Shown here: one piece after another, positions 27,511 to 37,165 of the stretch
Layout: each line of letters begins with the position of its first letter
Numbering within the stretch: position 1 is the first letter of the stretch
IMG/VR virus record: IMGVR_UViG_3300023245_000015
Coordinates: 1-60,446 of that record
Length of the DNA: 60,446 nt
Origin: a virus
Taxonomy: Duplodnaviria; Caudoviricetes
Reading direction: 5' to 3' (one strand)
Position numbers and translations under genes: made by a program
The notes under the pieces: model-generated
What the model saw: the letters and a program-made list of their open reading frames with translations, nothing else
What the model was told of the DNA's origin: nothing
Databases searched by the model: none

Positions 27511-27945
27511 TCACCTGTACAGTATGTATGAACCGCCATGTGGCTTAAAGCCCAGTTTCTCTGCAAGAACCCAGGCTCGTTCGGTTGTCGTTATGTCGGG
27601 CGAAAAGCCAGCGACCCGGATAGCGGGGCGGGTTTTTAACCAAATTTTAAAACGTCTCAGTAATGTAGCACCAGTGCCTTTTAATTTCGAGACCCAGTAT
27701 AGCACAGCACAATTTTTCTTAGTGGCCCAAAGATTGTCCGATGTTAAGGCCATTAAGGCGCCTACAATATTTCCTTCATCATCTTCGACTACTTCTGCAA
27801 AATGTGCCGGAGAGCTGACCAGCAAATTAAACATGTATTTTAGCTTGTCATGGTCCGGTCTAAGTCGATCATACTGCACAAGTTGTTCTTTCACTAATAC
27901 AACTACTTTGTGAAAATCTGACAATGTTGCTGGTCGTATAATCAT
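27511..27945 (-). CDS. GNAT-fold acetyltransferase-like virion gene
   Basis: MIIRPAT.SD...VG.L...G.GA.LL..F..W...LGF. Confidence 0.65.
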   Translation of the reverse strand: MIIRPATLSDFHKVVVLVKEQLVQYDRLRPDHDKLKYMFNLLVSSPAHFAEVVEDDEGNIVGALMALTSDNLWATKKNCAVLYWVSKLKGTGATLLRRFKIWLKTRPAIRVAGFSPDITTTERAWVLAEKLGFKPHGGSYILYR

Positions 27946-30080
27946 ATGAATATATTTCTATTAAAAGTATCAGTAGGATTCCACCCACCCCCTGTAACGT
28001 TCCCATAAGCTGCTTGAATAGCGGCTCGCTGTTCTGGGGTTAAAGCTCCTTCGCCTACACCTACGTTTGCACCAGAGCCGGGTCCGGGGGTCGTGGAGTC
28101 TCCCGGCCCCGGCCCTGGTTCCGTCCCGGGTGCAATATCGCTCCCTGGGTCTTCAGGAGGAGTTTCAGCCTCGTCACCTACCTGATATGCGCTAAGAAAG
28201 TTTAACTGATTGGTAAGAAATGTCTGCATCTGTGCCACTTTGGCTTTTGCAACCGTTGCATTAGGCTCATCCGCAAAAATCTGCCCAATTGCTGCGGTTG
28301 TAACATTTACTAAGTCCGAAACACCTTTATATTTAGCGATTAACGCTTCGTGGGTAGTAGTTAGCTCTGCAACAAATGCATCAGATGCTGCCCTAGTGTC
28401 AGCCACAGCTTCGTTAGTTGCATTAACTGAATCCTGAATCGCTTCATTAGATAGATTCAGTTTATCTGAAATACTCTTATCGACGGTAAAGCCTTCACGT
28501 TGCACAGTCGCTTGAAGTGTTGCAATAGACTTATCATTTGCATTATTCAGGTCGGTAAGTATTTTGTTAGATGCATTAAGTGCATCTTGCGCAGCTTTAC
28601 GCCCCGCTACTTCAGCCGCTGTGATACCTTCATTTGAAGTGTTCTGCAGCGTCTGAAGTTCTTTATTATTGACATTAAGCGCTGTAGCGATCGACAGTCT
28701 TGTCGCATTAAGATCAGTCGCTACAGTTTCTGCTGATGTATTATTTAATGTGGTGATAGCGGTGTTTGTAGTATTAACGCTAGTCTGAATAGCCGCGTTA
28801 GATGCATTCTGTGCGGCAGAAATTGCTGCAGCAGAAGTATTACGCATACCTTCAACTGAAATTTGAGTTGTATTAACTGAAGCTTGAATTTCTGCATTAG
28901 ACTTATTTAATGCTGCTGCTATAGTTGTATCGACAACAAATCCATCGCGCTGCACAGCTGCCTGTAGATCTGCAATAGACTTAGCGTTGGCATTGTTTAA
29001 CTCAGTCAAGGTTTTGTTAGATTCATTAAGTGCATCTTGCGCAGCTTTACGCCCCGCTATTTCATCGGTGCTAATACCTTCATTAGATGCATTTTGTAAT
29101 TTTTGTAGTTCTTGATTATTTTCATTAAGTTGGGTAGCAATAGTTAACCGATTAGCATTTAAGTCAGTTGCTACTCCTTCTGCTGATTCATTATTTAATG
29201 TGGTGATAGCAGTGTTTGTAGCATTAACGCTAGTCTGAATAGCAGCATTAGATGCATTCTGTGCGGCAGAAATTGCTGCAGCAGAAGTATTACGCATACC
29301 TTCAACAGTGATTTCAGTCGCATTAGCTGCAGCAGTAATAGTTTCACGTGAAGCAGCTTCCGCAGCAGATATTGCCTCAGCCGATATGTTTGATCCTGTG
29401 GCTATGGCTTCTCGTGAAGCAGCCTCTAGTGCAGTAATGTCTTCCGCAGACATTCTACTTAGTGCAGCATCATCAAAGCCCGCTTGAGCTATAGATGCAC
29501 GGGTGGCTGCATCCAGATTAGAAATAGCGGTTTGAGTTGCGTTAGTTGCATCAGCTCGTGCCGTAGCTCCTGATTCCGCGGTATCAGTCAGGCTGGCAGT
29601 ATTACCAGCGCCAGCAGCAAACTCTTTAGCTTTGTTCAAATAACCGGTATTCTCTGATGATGCTTGTGCATAAGTTTGGGCGTCTTGTTGAGCCATTGGC
29701 ATGGATCGATCAACCAAAGCCCCAAAAGCTGATTCACCTGCAATGCTACTGTTCTGCAGGCCTCGAGCCCCTGCAGTCAGATAACCTTCTTGTCGTGCGC
29801 GTTGAGCTAAAGGACTGTCTTTATTGAGGATATTAGACAGTTGCCCCTGGGCAGTTTCAGTTGAAGCGTCGACCGTTCGTTGGGATGCGTCATAACCAGT
29901 TGATGTTGTTGGTGTCACAGTTTCGGCGACTCCAGGAGAGGCCTCGACTGTAGATGCTATTTCAGCTGCTTTCGGATCAGGTGCATAGTTTCCAGTCGAA
30001 GGTCCAGCTGTTCCTAAATCACCAATTAACTCACCCGCGTCATTATAAACGGAACCACCCAATGTGCCCATTTCAGACAT
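27942..30080 (-). CDS. internal virion/DNA-transfer protein with internal duplication
   Basis: RGLQNSSIA motif, Ala/Asn/Thr-rich helix; TAATG coupling at 30080. Confidence 0.65.
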   Translation of the reverse strand: MSEMGTLGGSVYNDAGELIGDLGTAGPSTGNYAPDPKAAEIASTVEASPGVAETVTPTTSTGYDASQRTVDASTETAQGQLSNILNKDSPLAQRARQEGYLTAGARGLQNSSIAGESAFGALVDRSMPMAQQDAQTYAQASSENTGYLNKAKEFAAGAGNTASLTDTAESGATARADATNATQTAISNLDAATRASIAQAGFDDAALSRMSAEDITALEAASREAIATGSNISAEAISAAEAASRETITAAANATEITVEGMRNTSAAAISAAQNASNAAIQTSVNATNTAITTLNNESAEGVATDLNANRLTIATQLNENNQELQKLQNASNEGISTDEIAGRKAAQDALNESNKTLTELNNANAKSIADLQAAVQRDGFVVDTTIAAALNKSNAEIQASVNTTQISVEGMRNTSAAAISAAQNASNAAIQTSVNTTNTAITTLNNTSAETVATDLNATRLSIATALNVNNKELQTLQNTSNEGITAAEVAGRKAAQDALNASNKILTDLNNANDKSIATLQATVQREGFTVDKSISDKLNLSNEAIQDSVNATNEAVADTRAASDAFVAELTTTHEALIAKYKGVSDLVNVTTAAIGQIFADEPNATVAKAKVAQMQTFLTNQLNFLSAYQVGDEAETPPEDPGSDIAPGTEPGPGPGDSTTPGPGSGANVGVGEGALTPEQRAAIQAAYGNVTGGGWNPTDTFNRNIFI
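28410..29310. repeat. 450-bp internal tandem duplication (edges approximate)
   Basis: 28741-28856 nearly identical to 29191-29306. Confidence 0.85.
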
Positions 30081-30919
30081 TATAATATTCCTTTCCAATT
30101 ATTTGGATACAGTTCGCCCTTGTACTGGATCTTGGTTACTGTTTCGCCCGTGTCATAATCTTCCATTACTGGTTCGCCAGCTTCATCGGTTACGCCGACT
30201 GTTTCAGTAACGCCCTGTTGCTTTTCAGCTTGATGAGCTTTGATTACCCGTAGTACTGCGCCATCCATAACCGTGGTTTCTTCAACATCAACCAGCACAA
30301 CCTCTTGAACTTGCCGTTGCCTGACCTCTGTACGTTCTGGCTCGACTTCATAAGTTTCTTGTAGGATCGGGCCAGAAGGATCGGGCTGCACTGGTCGGGT
30401 AGCTGTTACCGCCGCAATAACATGGTCATAGTCTTCCATTACTGGCAGGTCAACAGTTTTCTGACGTTCTGCAATCACAGGCTCATCAACAGTCGGTAGG
30501 CTTGCGATATACGCCGCTTTTACTTCTGGTGTGAATATGAGTGCAGCGAAGCGTTGAACCTTTTCAGGGTGTGCTGTGATGTCCTCAAGGCAATCGACCT
30601 CGATAACTGGACGCTTGGCCTGTTTTGATACCTTCTCATCTTTGTAGATGTAATCAGAGAGTTGATAAGCGAGGTGATACCGCTCTGCATCGACTACGCG
30701 AATGAAGTCAGCCCAACAGCAGGCACCATCTGGGTTGATGTGTTCCGTAAAGGGAAACTCTACCGCCAATGCTTTCACAAGTTCAGGGGCTTCGCTTAGG
30801 TCTTGAGTCGAATCACAGCAGCCGCGATGGTTGGTTATTACACCGCCCTCGTTTATCTTATAGCGAACTTGTAAAGTATTGTTGTAAGACAGTTCTACTA
30901 AGTTAAATATCTTCTCCAT
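30080..30919 (-). CDS. tail-fibre-associated protein (probable chaperone, duplicated domain)
   Basis: Immediately after the fibre gene; similar to 54959-55216. Confidence 0.55.
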   Translation of the reverse strand: MEKIFNLVELSYNNTLQVRYKINEGGVITNHRGCCDSTQDLSEAPELVKALAVEFPFTEHINPDGACCWADFIRVVDAERYHLAYQLSDYIYKDEKVSKQAKRPVIEVDCLEDITAHPEKVQRFAALIFTPEVKAAYIASLPTVDEPVIAERQKTVDLPVMEDYDHVIAAVTATRPVQPDPSGPILQETYEVEPERTEVRQRQVQEVVLVDVEETTVMDGAVLRVIKAHQAEKQQGVTETVGVTDEAGEPVMEDYDTGETVTKIQYKGELYPNNWKGIL

Positions 30920-30924
30920 TGGGT

Positions 30925-33159
30925 TTACGCCTTATATGATATTGAAAATCGTGGAGCGGAGGTGTTAGTAAAATGTGAATCTAGCAAAGCAACCCCTGTT
31001 CCATAAACAAAACCAACATCTGAGTTGCTACCATTCATCTGCATAACGACGGCATTGGATATGGTTAATCCTACAGAATAAACCACGCCGGTAGATTCCA
31101 TTCCTGCCAGCGCGGTGAAGGGCTGACCTCCTACTCTTGCTTGGCCCGTGCTAGAACCTTTGTTCGTCAGAGTTAGCAAGGCATCCATTTCAACAGAGTT
31201 GCCTGTGCGCGTGTATCGGCCAAGAGTTGACCCGGCATTATAAGTTATTCCCGTAGACCCTCCACCAAATGATAGCGTGGGTGTAAATGTACCTTCCTCG
31301 TACCAATCCAGTAACTGAGAAGTGCCACCAGCAGCCGCGTCGAAATCAATCCCCTTGCCTGATGTGCCTATGACTATGTTGTCACTAACAGTAAGGGTGC
31401 CATTAGCTACGAGATTAACCGTACCTGTTGGAACTCTCAAAGCAACAAAGCCGTTTTTATTTACTAGAGTGACATCGTTAGTCGTGCCGTTGCCTGCAAT
31501 CACCGCACCGTCAGCAGCGATACCAATTAAACGGCCCTCAGAAGCAGCGGGGCCTCCCGGCCATATCACCCCTGTCGATGTTACTTGTCCTGTGGAGGCA
31601 AGGGCACCGCTAACATCAAGGGTGCCTGTGATGTCAACACCCGCGCCACCAGTGAACTTGTGAGATCCTTGACCTGTGTTATATGTCTGAGATCCATCAC
31701 TGGCGTTTCGCCCGATATACGAACCGTTAGATCCGAATCTGAGAGCTGATGTTGTATGGGATGCGCCAATACCAACGTCACCAGTATTGGTAACTATGCC
31801 GTCAGACACTTTCAAGCCTGCCGATGCTGTTATAACGCCACTAGCATCAAGGGTGCTAGAGAATGTAGCTCCTTGAGTAGCATCATCAAATACCACCGCC
31901 TCAGTCCCGCCAGATTTAATAGCAAAATCATGGGCAGTAGTTGTGCCTATTGTCATCTTGCCTGTAGCGCCATCGAAACTTAAATCAGACGACACCGCGC
32001 CGTCTACTCGTTCCCACTCCGACAATATTGTTGAGGCGGTATCATAAGCGACGAATTTGGATACCTGCGCTCCGCTTGATGACCCTGTAACAGTTAGTAG
32101 ACCACTGACATCAAGTGTTCCTGATAACAATACATTCTGAGTACCCGTAGGAACTGCTAGAACCAATGCAATGTTTTTATTGTATATCGTCGCATCGTAG
32201 GTCGTTCCGCTGCCTGCAATAATAACACCGAGCGTGGTAGCAGACCCTATAGCACCTGTACCTGCTGACGGTGCTGACAGACCACCAGTATTTCCAACTG
32301 TTAGAACGCCACTAACACCAAGTGTTCCTGTGATGTCAGTAGCGCCAGCGGCTAGGGTGCTAGTGCCTATATCAATAGCGCCGAAGCCCGAAGTAATCGA
32401 GCCTGCGTCCAGAGCTCCGACAGTGACTAGGTTAGATAGAGTGGTAATAGCGGTTTGAGCTGCGCCAGTCACGGTAGCCGCTGTACCTGATGCGTTGCCT
32501 GTTAGATTAGCTGTAACTACGCCATCTTTAACTAAAGTCCCATCGATCGTGACACCACTGCCAACAGTAGTCTCAGCGATTATATCTGTGGTGATCTTGT
32601 CACCTGCTGTCATTACCAGGTCAGTGCCTTGAGACGCATTGTCATTAGATAACGCGTTATCTAGACCGAAAGATGCAGCGGAGCCAACAGCAGCTGCGGC
32701 ACTCGCGGCGGCTGCGGCTGCGAAAGATGCAGCTGTGGCTGTGTCAGTAGGTGAGACAATCAGAAATCGGTTATTTGCAGAGTCGTACCGCGCTTCAATG
32801 ATATTGCCGCTGACCACAGCATTCGCTGCAAGCACCACGCCATAAGAGGTAACTAAGGGTTTAGTCGCCAAGGAGTCAAATTTAATAGTGGATGCGCCAG
32901 TGTTATTATTGGTTGCAATAAAGCAAACCTTGTCGCCATTACGATATGCTGTTCTTACTGGATCAAAAGTAACCGCATACGCGTTTGCAGTGCCAGACTC
33001 TGTAACAAAAGAGATAGCATCATTTGTGAGGTTTTCTACAACTTTAGGCATCTTGTCAAAAGCAGCGAGTATGCTAGCAGACTCGCCCTCGACATCTTCA
33101 GCATCTGCACTAGTGCCTGCAACAAAAGAAGTAAATCGGGTGTACCAATTATTAGCCAT
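30925..33159 (-). CDS. tail fibre protein
   Basis: GTANAYAVT anchor, GTLDVSG repeats, C-terminal LLDWYEEGTFTPTL domain. Confidence 0.8.
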   Translation of the reverse strand: MANNWYTRFTSFVAGTSADAEDVEGESASILAAFDKMPKVVENLTNDAISFVTESGTANAYAVTFDPVRTAYRNGDKVCFIATNNNTGASTIKFDSLATKPLVTSYGVVLAANAVVSGNIIEARYDSANNRFLIVSPTDTATAASFAAAAAASAAAAVGSAASFGLDNALSNDNASQGTDLVMTAGDKITTDIIAETTVGSGVTIDGTLVKDGVVTANLTGNASGTAATVTGAAQTAITTLSNLVTVGALDAGSITSGFGAIDIGTSTLAAGATDITGTLGVSGVLTVGNTGGLSAPSAGTGAIGSATTLGVIIAGSGTTYDATIYNKNIALVLAVPTGTQNVLLSGTLDVSGLLTVTGSSSGAQVSKFVAYDTASTILSEWERVDGAVSSDLSFDGATGKMTIGTTTAHDFAIKSGGTEAVVFDDATQGATFSSTLDASGVITASAGLKVSDGIVTNTGDVGIGASHTTSALRFGSNGSYIGRNASDGSQTYNTGQGSHKFTGGAGVDITGTLDVSGALASTGQVTSTGVIWPGGPAASEGRLIGIAADGAVIAGNGTTNDVTLVNKNGFVALRVPTGTVNLVANGTLTVSDNIVIGTSGKGIDFDAAAGGTSQLLDWYEEGTFTPTLSFGGGSTGITYNAGSTLGRYTRTGNSVEMDALLTLTNKGSSTGQARVGGQPFTALAGMESTGVVYSVGLTISNAVVMQMNGSNSDVGFVYGTGVALLDSHFTNTSAPRFSISYKA

Positions 33160-35246
33160 TAACGTTTCAGCCGTCTGGGTTCGTAGTATAGAGTCAACCC
33201 TTGCAATATAAAGGGTTGGGCTTTGGCAGATTTATTATAAATCAAAAATCCTATGTTGTCTCCTGTGCCGGTTAATTTGGCTGTTGCTGAACTTTGGGCC
33301 TGTGAATTCCACTGAAACTGATCCCAGTTTGCACTATTCCAAAAGCCCCCACCGCCACTAACCACTAAGTCTTCAATAACCGAGTTTGTATCAGTGGATG
33401 CATAAGATAAATCTGCCAGGAACTTTAAATCGATATTAACTGAAGACTCTAACTCGATATCTGCTTTACGGAAACGTTTACGAGTGCCTGGGCTACCAAC
33501 GTTGTTAAAATGTAGCCGACAAAAGCTAGTAATTTGTGCACCATCAAAATTACCACCTACCTGGTCTTTATATACATACCCATCAGACATTGCAAAATAG
33601 GTAACTTCAACCCCGTTTTCATCTTCAATATTAAATATCCGGTTAACTGCTGAAGGATATTTTAACGCGCCGAAATGTACGAAAGGTAAGTTAACACGAC
33701 TTTGAGCGGCATTAAATGATCCTGCAGGAGAATATAGGACTAACGCTGTGCCGTCACTAAAATATACACGATATTGATTAGAAGATCTATTTATGGTGGC
33801 TGTCGTTACCAAAGATTTTTTAGCGTTAACTATATCTTGAACCAATTGAGATACTGTGGCTCCCACAAAATCACCAAAAGAATCTGTTCGTGATAGATTA
33901 GTAATACCCAAATCATCTACCGCATAGACTGTGTCTAATTTTTGAACAGTGTAAGCCTTGCCTCCAGTTTCTTCTCCCAATAATTTTATCTCCCAATCTG
34001 ATGTAGTGCTGCCAAACAATCCGCGGATTTGGCGGCTAGTGGTAATATTTAATACAGCTCCAGCCATACTTTGCAGTCCAGTGATTTCATCACCCAAACC
34101 AAATTCTGCCGCACCCAAAAATCCATTAAACGTTAAAGGTTCTCCGATTACAGTATGCTGCAATGACCCACCAGGAAATCCAAAAAACAGATAATTTCTA
34201 TGTTGTTCTACAAATTGAGGTATGTTTGTTGTGGGCTGTCCGCCTAATGCTGTTTGAGGCATCAATATGGGTGTGACTATTTCGTTTTCGTCTATTTCAA
34301 ACCCCGGGCCTACACCGCTGCAACCATAAGCCCGGTATGTTGTGGCACTGCCAAAAAAGTTATGATTAACAAATTGATAATGTCCATTAATCGGGAAAGC
34401 AAAAACTGTCACTACTGAAGCGGATGTCGCAAAAGTTACACCACCTATTTGCAATGCCTCATTATCTTGAAAAGTGCCAGAGACGGTTGTCAGTGCTAAA
34501 TACCCTGCGGCACTGCCGTCCCAGGCGCCCGCATGTAAGACTAGTCTATGAATCACTGCTGTCGCAGCTGAAGTGGCACCAGTAACTGTAGTGCCGGGAA
34601 TAAATGGCCCAGCTGCCGTGCCGGCGTCAAAGAAAATATAACTGGACATCGTGAGCCCGGTAGTTACCCACCCTGCCGGGCTAGATTGGAACATAACCCC
34701 TGCAGTTCCGCCGGCATTATTTCGAACACAAAACTTTTTATCTTTTAGCTGCCAGATGCCTCGAATTTCCCCAGAGCCTGCAGGCACCGTGATGTCGCCC
34801 CGATACTCGTCTGCAGCTGCAAGCTGAAATGTTAATTTAGCTGTACTTGAAGGCGATCGTCCAATAGATGCAGTGGGCACAGTCATCATAGTGTAGGCAG
34901 AGCTGTTAAATGGCTCACCCTGTGTAAACGTACCAGAGACCTTGGTGACTGCAACTGAATTGTCACTGATACCTATTACTGTGCCTGACGCACTTGATGT
35001 ATCCCCGGTAAGCACATCCCCTGCACTTAACCCTGCCACGCTGACTAAATCAAAGCCAGTAAAGGTTGCAGCACTTGGTGCAGGACGTCCATCGAACCGT
35101 TCGTATCCTGCAATTCTTCTATAACCTCCGTGATACCATGGCTCAAAGTTTTGCATAGATATGCATTTACCTGGAGTAATGTTTATTGGAGGAGTAACTG
35201 TATCGAGTCCACCGGCAAACGCATAATGTCTAGTTTGAATAGCCAT
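33159..35246 (-). CDS. tail tubular/stabilisation (nozzle) protein
   Basis: FAGGLD start, GGYRRIAGYERFDG, GGFW...WDQFQW; position after the adaptor. Confidence 0.7.
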   Translation of the reverse strand: MAIQTRHYAFAGGLDTVTPPINITPGKCISMQNFEPWYHGGYRRIAGYERFDGRPAPSAATFTGFDLVSVAGLSAGDVLTGDTSSASGTVIGISDNSVAVTKVSGTFTQGEPFNSSAYTMMTVPTASIGRSPSSTAKLTFQLAAADEYRGDITVPAGSGEIRGIWQLKDKKFCVRNNAGGTAGVMFQSSPAGWVTTGLTMSSYIFFDAGTAAGPFIPGTTVTGATSAATAVIHRLVLHAGAWDGSAAGYLALTTVSGTFQDNEALQIGGVTFATSASVVTVFAFPINGHYQFVNHNFFGSATTYRAYGCSGVGPGFEIDENEIVTPILMPQTALGGQPTTNIPQFVEQHRNYLFFGFPGGSLQHTVIGEPLTFNGFLGAAEFGLGDEITGLQSMAGAVLNITTSRQIRGLFGSTTSDWEIKLLGEETGGKAYTVQKLDTVYAVDDLGITNLSRTDSFGDFVGATVSQLVQDIVNAKKSLVTTATINRSSNQYRVYFSDGTALVLYSPAGSFNAAQSRVNLPFVHFGALKYPSAVNRIFNIEDENGVEVTYFAMSDGYVYKDQVGGNFDGAQITSFCRLHFNNVGSPGTRKRFRKADIELESSVNIDLKFLADLSYASTDTNSVIEDLVVSGGGGFWNSANWDQFQWNSQAQSSATAKLTGTGDNIGFLIYNKSAKAQPFILQGLTLYYEPRRLKR

Positions 35247-35923
35247 TAGCTTGCTATGACTTCAATGCGATTACCTGATGATGTGAATCTAGAGTTAAAT
35301 TCGTTGTTAAGATATTCAGATTCCAGTACAGGCAACCATTCAGCCACTAGCTCACGACCAGATATTTTTGCATCTGTCGCATTTTCGTAGTTGCCATAAT
35401 AAATTAACGCCTGACCTAAAATAATTTCATGATACTCTTCTGGAATTGCAGAAATAGTTGTATTTTCAGACATTGGTACGGGTTTTAAATAATAGTCTGC
35501 AGTAATAGTATAAGCTGCATCAGGGATAGGATCCAGACGCAAAGTCTTATTAGGCATTATAATAATTCGAGAAGGTTGGTTGTACGAGCTAACAGTTGTA
35601 TCAAATACTTCGTGTTTGACTTTTTGATATTCAACTACGTCGATTAACTCACCATCAATCTTAAAAGTACTAGGATCCCAGGCGCCATGAGTGTCTGGCA
35701 CTATATAATCTTGGGTGCCTGATACAGTGTTTACAGAGTAAGGAGTGTCAGACCATAAAAATTTCCAGTCGTGCCACTTTTTTTGAATTGCCAAATCAGC
35801 CCGTCGAATCCAGCGCACCATGCGCAAAGCTTCACCTGACTGAATTAATACTGAACTGGGCGCAGCTCCGGCCCCGCCAGCTTCCCTATGTAAGTCTTCG
35901 ACTAATTCCAGAAAAGTACTCAT
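35246..35923 (-). CDS. head-tail adaptor protein
   Basis: MSTFLELV, WKFLW, P.PDAAYTI.ADYY, IPEEYH. Confidence 0.75.
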   Translation of the reverse strand: MSTFLELVEDLHREAGGAGAAPSSVLIQSGEALRMVRWIRRADLAIQKKWHDWKFLWSDTPYSVNTVSGTQDYIVPDTHGAWDPSTFKIDGELIDVVEYQKVKHEVFDTTVSSYNQPSRIIIMPNKTLRLDPIPDAAYTITADYYLKPVPMSENTTISAIPEEYHEIILGQALIYYGNYENATDAKISGRELVAEWLPVLESEYLNNEFNSRFTSSGNRIEVIAS

Positions 35924-36222
35924 TCATCACGAGCCCCAAAAGGTCTAGCTTTATCTTTCTTAGCCTTACTTTTAATGCTAGCTTGATAGGTTGCCAATTT
36001 AGGAGTTTCTTCAACTACAGGTGCTTCGGGTTTAGGCGCCAAAGGTTCTGGCTTAGCTTTAAAATCTTTTAGTTTAACTGCTGGGGTAACTGGCGTTGTT
36101 TCCTGCAGTTCTTGAACTTCAATTTCCTTAAAGTCTCGATCATATGTTTTGCCAGCTTGTGACCATTTGGCTAAACCGCCACCCATTATTTGTGAGTGAT
36201 CTTTGTTCTTATCAAAACTCAT
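35920..36222 (-). CDS. hypothetical protein
   Basis: GGAG RBS, operon packing. Confidence 0.6.
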   Translation of the reverse strand: MSFDKNKDHSQIMGGGLAKWSQAGKTYDRDFKEIEVQELQETTPVTPAVKLKDFKAKPEPLAPKPEAPVVEETPKLATYQASIKSKAKKDKARPFGARDE

Positions 36223-36240
36223 CTACTAGTTCTCCAGATA

Positions 36241-36417
36241 TTAGTATTTAACTGACATTGAGTCGTCAGAATTTTCACTGCGTGGATGTTGAATCCTTGA
36301 TTCATCTGTGTTTTCATATCGGGTGTTAATGCACTTGCGCCCAGAGACACCTTCGCTCAGAGACTTACCTGCATCAAATTCCGACAACACATCTGAATGA
36401 CTGTAATCAGTTTCCAT
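36241..36417 (-). CDS. 58-aa hypothetical protein (not in the track)
   Basis: METDYSHSDVLSEFDAGKSLSEGVSG...; fills the gap. Confidence 0.55.
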   Translation of the reverse strand: METDYSHSDVLSEFDAGKSLSEGVSGRKCINTRYENTDESRIQHPRSENSDDSMSVKY

Positions 36418-36429
36418 AATGTTGGCCTT

Positions 36430-36461
36430 AAAAAATGAGTGGGCGCTTTAGCAACCCACTC
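36430..36461 (-). terminator. intrinsic terminator after the capsid cluster
   Basis: GAGTGGG/CCCACTC stem followed by T6 on the minus strand. Confidence 0.75.
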
Positions 36462-36467
36462 GAAGTT

Positions 36468-36701
36468 TTAGCAAATGTCGAAAGACTTGCCTTTAGACGT
36501 TGCGCTGGTTTTTCCAGGATTATCCACGATACGACCCGGGTAATTACCGGTTTTGCTGTCGACGCTCATATTCGCTGTTGGACCAACCGCCATTGAGTCA
36601 AACCCTGAAAGGGAACTCAATCCGTATTCGATACCAGACTTGTCGGGTTGTTTAGCGCCCGCATTGTCCAATGTACCTTTAATTGCTACTTGCTTGTCCA
36701 T
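36468..36701 (-). CDS. hypothetical virion protein
   Basis: GAGG RBS. Confidence 0.6.
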   Translation of the reverse strand: MDKQVAIKGTLDNAGAKQPDKSGIEYGLSSLSGFDSMAVGPTANMSVDSKTGNYPGRIVDNPGKTSATSKGKSFDIC

Positions 36702-36713
36702 ATTGTTTTCCTC

Positions 36714-37154
36714 TTAAGAAGTTGCACCAAACCATTCGATTTCAAGTAAAACATCAGCAATACCTGTAATAGATCCACCAACTGCATCAACGAAAGTAAC
36801 AGTTACCGCGGTTTCACCCCCGGGAATATCTACCTTTGAACCATCATCAGGGAGCCACAAACCAGTATTAACTGCAGGAGAAGATCCCGCCAAGGTTGTG
36901 TTACCTGAGTCAAAGTAAAGATCAGCATCACTGCCATCCCCTACTTGAATTGCAGCACCTGAAGTTGTGCCAACAAACGTTTCGCTGATGTTGAACAAAC
37001 TAACACCTACTACGCGTCCTCGACGTCCAGCGCCTGGGTTGGTTGTATTCGGACCATCTTTAGGAGGCATAATAACCTCTGAAGCATCACCGGTATCGCC
37101 AAAATCGACTCCCTGAAAAAGGTAGCTTGTTACTCGTCCATTATCGTAAGACAT
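36714..37154 (-). CDS. putative capsid decoration protein
   Basis: Beta-rich, directly after the major capsid gene. Confidence 0.55.
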   Translation of the reverse strand: MSYDNGRVTSYLFQGVDFGDTGDASEVIMPPKDGPNTTNPGAGRRGRVVGVSLFNISETFVGTTSGAAIQVGDGSDADLYFDSGNTTLAGSSPAVNTGLWLPDDGSKVDIPGGETAVTVTFVDAVGGSITGIADVLLEIEWFGATS

Positions 37155-37165
37155 ATTATTGCTCC

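Noticed and set aside
27170-27913. 247-aa plus-strand ORF and other antisense ORFs in the virion operon
   Set aside because: Shadows of well-supported minus-strand genes, with no motifs or RBS
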